A stretch of DNA of 64,000 nucleotides from Lingula anatina (taxonomy: Eukaryota > Animalia > Brachiopoda). Shown here piece after piece: positions 62,148 to 64,000 of the stretch. Within the stretch, counting starts at the first letter, position 1. Each line of letters opens with the position of its first letter. The position numbers were made by a program, and so were the translations under genes. The notes under the pieces were generated by a model. The model was not told the origin of the DNA and made no database searches. It was given only the letters and a program-made list of their open reading frames with translations. The stretch spans positions 5,766,001 through 5,830,000 of the forward strand of contig CM120646.1 of assembly GCA_051362555.1 (NCBI GenBank), read 5' to 3'.

Positions 62148-64000
62148 TTAGATTTGACATTTTACACACTTGTATTTATCAATGTTTATCGCTTCGGTAG
62201 AAGTGACATTGACGCAGGATCCATGATACCATTCATGACAGTAATCACATTGAATCATGAATCTGCCCTGATAAGGCTCCCTGCAAATACAGTATGGTGT
62301 CAAATCTTCTTCCTCACTGTTACTCGAGTGCTGAAATTGTTCATCAGAAGCTAAATATTCTGTAATCCATGAGGGTACATTTCTGTCCCTACAGGGCATG
62401 AGCCTGTCATGGTTAATTACAAAGATTGCATTTTTTAGCTTCACTCGATACAGATAGCCAGATAATTTCTTTACAATGATGGCGGGTCTTTTCCATGGTG
62501 AACACAATTTTCGTGATTTGCCTTTAGTTGTTGCTGTATCCAAAACATAAACCAAATCCTTTTCAGCATAAGGTCTAAGCAGGATTTTAAGGTCATAGTC
62601 ACGTTTCATGCGTTTTGAAGTTGTTTTTAAATTGGCTCTTGCTGTAATATGAGCTAATTTCATTTTTTGTACTAACTTTGAAATGTATTCACCATAGTCA
62701 GTTTCTTTTGATTTCAGATTTGGGAACATAATTTGGGCTGGAGTACTGACCTCCCTCCCAAGCATGAGCATATTAGGGGTATACCCCGTACTTCTGTTTA
62801 CAGAAGCACGCAACGCGCCTGCAATTTGCTGGACATATTTATCCCATTCACCCTGATTTTTACCCAAAAAACACCGTACGGCATCCATCAGGGTACGATT
62901 GAACCTTTCAACCTGTCCATTTGCAGACGGTCGGTACGGAGTAGTGCGTGATTTGTGTATATGTAAAGCCCTACACAAATCCCCGAACAATTGACTTTCA
63001 AAATTCCGTCCCTGATCAGAAAAAAGTTGATAGGGATAACCGAACCTAGAAAAGAAACAGTCAATTGCTGCTTTCGCGGTCACTTCGGCCGTTTGAGAAG
63101 GCAACGGCACGCACTCTACCCACTTTGTGAATTGATCAACCATGACCAAACAATGCTCATTACCTTTTGCTGTTTTAGGTAGCGGTCCCAAGAAATCAAT
63201 ATGAACCCGTTCCATCGGAGCACCTGCAACATATTCAGTCAGGGGGACTCTTCCGTAACACCCTTTTTTCTTATTTTTATTACAGATGTCACAACTCAGG
63301 ACATAATTGGCTATTTCTTTGCTCATATGGGGCCAGTAAAATTTTTCTTTGATTTTTGTTTTTGTTCTAGCCACTCCTTGGTGACCAGCTGAAGGGATAT
63401 CATGATGTAATTTGAAAACAGAATTTTTTAATGATTCTGGGATGACTAATTTTAGATCTTTGCTTTCCTCTTCAGTTTTGAAAATGACTCCATGATGTAA
63501 TTTGAATAATTCTTTATTCAGCCAGTAAGTTTTGGAGATTGGGCTTGATCGGAAGAGTGCACCCTGATCTGGGGTATTCCCTTTGTACAACCACTCTCGT
63601 AAAATGTTAAGCTCAGGGTCTTTTGCTTGTTCAGTTTTTAATTTTTCCATAGAAAAACCCCAACACTGAGGAATATCCGGGTTTGGATTTGACCTCGCCT
63701 CCGGACCACACGCATTTATTTCTACATGAGATTCCTCAGGTTGCAGAGCGACATCGGTAGAGAGGGCTACAATTTTTTCTAGGAGACAGTAGAAAAGATG
63801 TTCCGGACCCGTTTCTCGTCCCAGATTGACTGTATTTAATGAGGATGTCAGATCGCGTTGACTTTTTGTAGATTTACCAGTAAATTTGGATGACAATTTT
63901 TTCTTTTCTGTTAAATTGACCGCTTCGTCGACGTCACCGAAAAAACTCCCCCAGTTTTCATGGGCTCTAACGCAATAACTACATCCTCCGCAAGGTAAAT
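62148..64000 (-). CDS. pol: Gypsy Pol C-terminus: integrase (HHCC, DDE core, GPY/F-like) with terminal PHD finger; frame open to the window edge
   Basis: HDIPSAGH...CDIC zinc-binding motif; RVHIDFLGP, SDQGRNFES, NGQVERFNRTL; SPWKRP; C4HC3 PHD at 62148-62297. Upstream of the listed TTG the frame continues LPCGGCSYCVRAHENW to ~63998. Confidence 0.95.
   Translation of the reverse strand, partial: LPCGGCSYCVRAHENWGSFFGDVDEAVNLTEKKKLSSKFTGKSTKSQRDLTSSLNTVNLGRETGPEHLFYCLLEKIVALSTDVALQPEESHVEINACGPEARSNPNPDIPQCWGFSMEKLKTEQAKDPELNILREWLYKGNTPDQGALFRSSPISKTYWLNKELFKLHHGVIFKTEEESKDLKLVIPESLKNSVFKLHHDIPSAGHQGVARTKTKIKEKFYWPHMSKEIANYVLSCDICNKNKKKGCYGRVPLTEYVAGAPMERVHIDFLGPLPKTAKGNEHCLVMVDQFTKWVECVPLPSQTAEVTAKAAIDCFFSRFGYPYQLFSDQGRNFESQLFGDLCRALHIHKSRTTPYRPSANGQVERFNRTLMDAVRCFLGKNQGEWDKYVQQIAGALRASVNRSTGYTPNMLMLGREVSTPAQIMFPNLKSKETDYGEYISKLVQKMKLAHITARANLKTTSKRMKRDYDLKILLRPYAEKDLVYVLDTATTKGKSRKLCSPWKRPAIIVKKLSGYLYRVKLKNAIFVINHDRLMPCRDRNVPSWITEYLASDEQFQHSSNSEEEDLTPYCICREPYQGRFMIQCDYCHEWYHGSCVNVTSTEAINIDKYKCVKCQI

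Larger units (their letters stand above)
58824..64000 (-). mobile_element. Gypsy/Ty3 LTR retrotransposon, 3' part (integrase-PHD, TatD ORF, 3'UTR, PPT, LTR); continues beyond the window
   Basis: Integrase domain order, extra ORF between pol and PPT, and a PPT-TG junction. Confidence 0.9.

Overview
AT-rich, intron-containing animal DNA. It is probably a marine invertebrate (mollusc/lophotrochozoan-like), which is an inference from gene content and repeat style. Left to right: (1) a minus-strand tandem array of 4-exon Golgi carbohydrate sulfotransferases of the CHST8-14 / Sulfotransfer_2 type, with three complete copies plus the 5' exons of a fourth at the left edge. The array is interspersed with Tc1 relics, a Rex1-type LINE fragment, a solo LTR and a 4-kb TIR element. 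(2) A 2-exon type II membrane protein with two glycosyltransferase-like modules, nested foldback elements, and a divergently transcribed CHST1-7-type (Gal/GlcNAc-6-O) sulfotransferase. (3) A small PPxY single-pass membrane ORF. (4) A recent ~6-kb tandem duplication carrying two TIR-only adaptor-like genes with conserved kappaB/CRE sites. (5) At the right edge, the 3' half of a Gypsy/Ty3 LTR retrotransposon. Its integrase ends in an H3K4me3-reader-type PHD finger. In the env position, behind a splice acceptor, it carries an intact 763-aa ORF ending in a TatD nuclease domain, followed by two tandem three-way-junction structures, a PPT and the 3' LTR. This TatD/PHD-carrying retroelement is the best candidate for an undescribed system. 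Exon boundaries were read by eye from GT/AG signals and phase compatibility; no database search was run.
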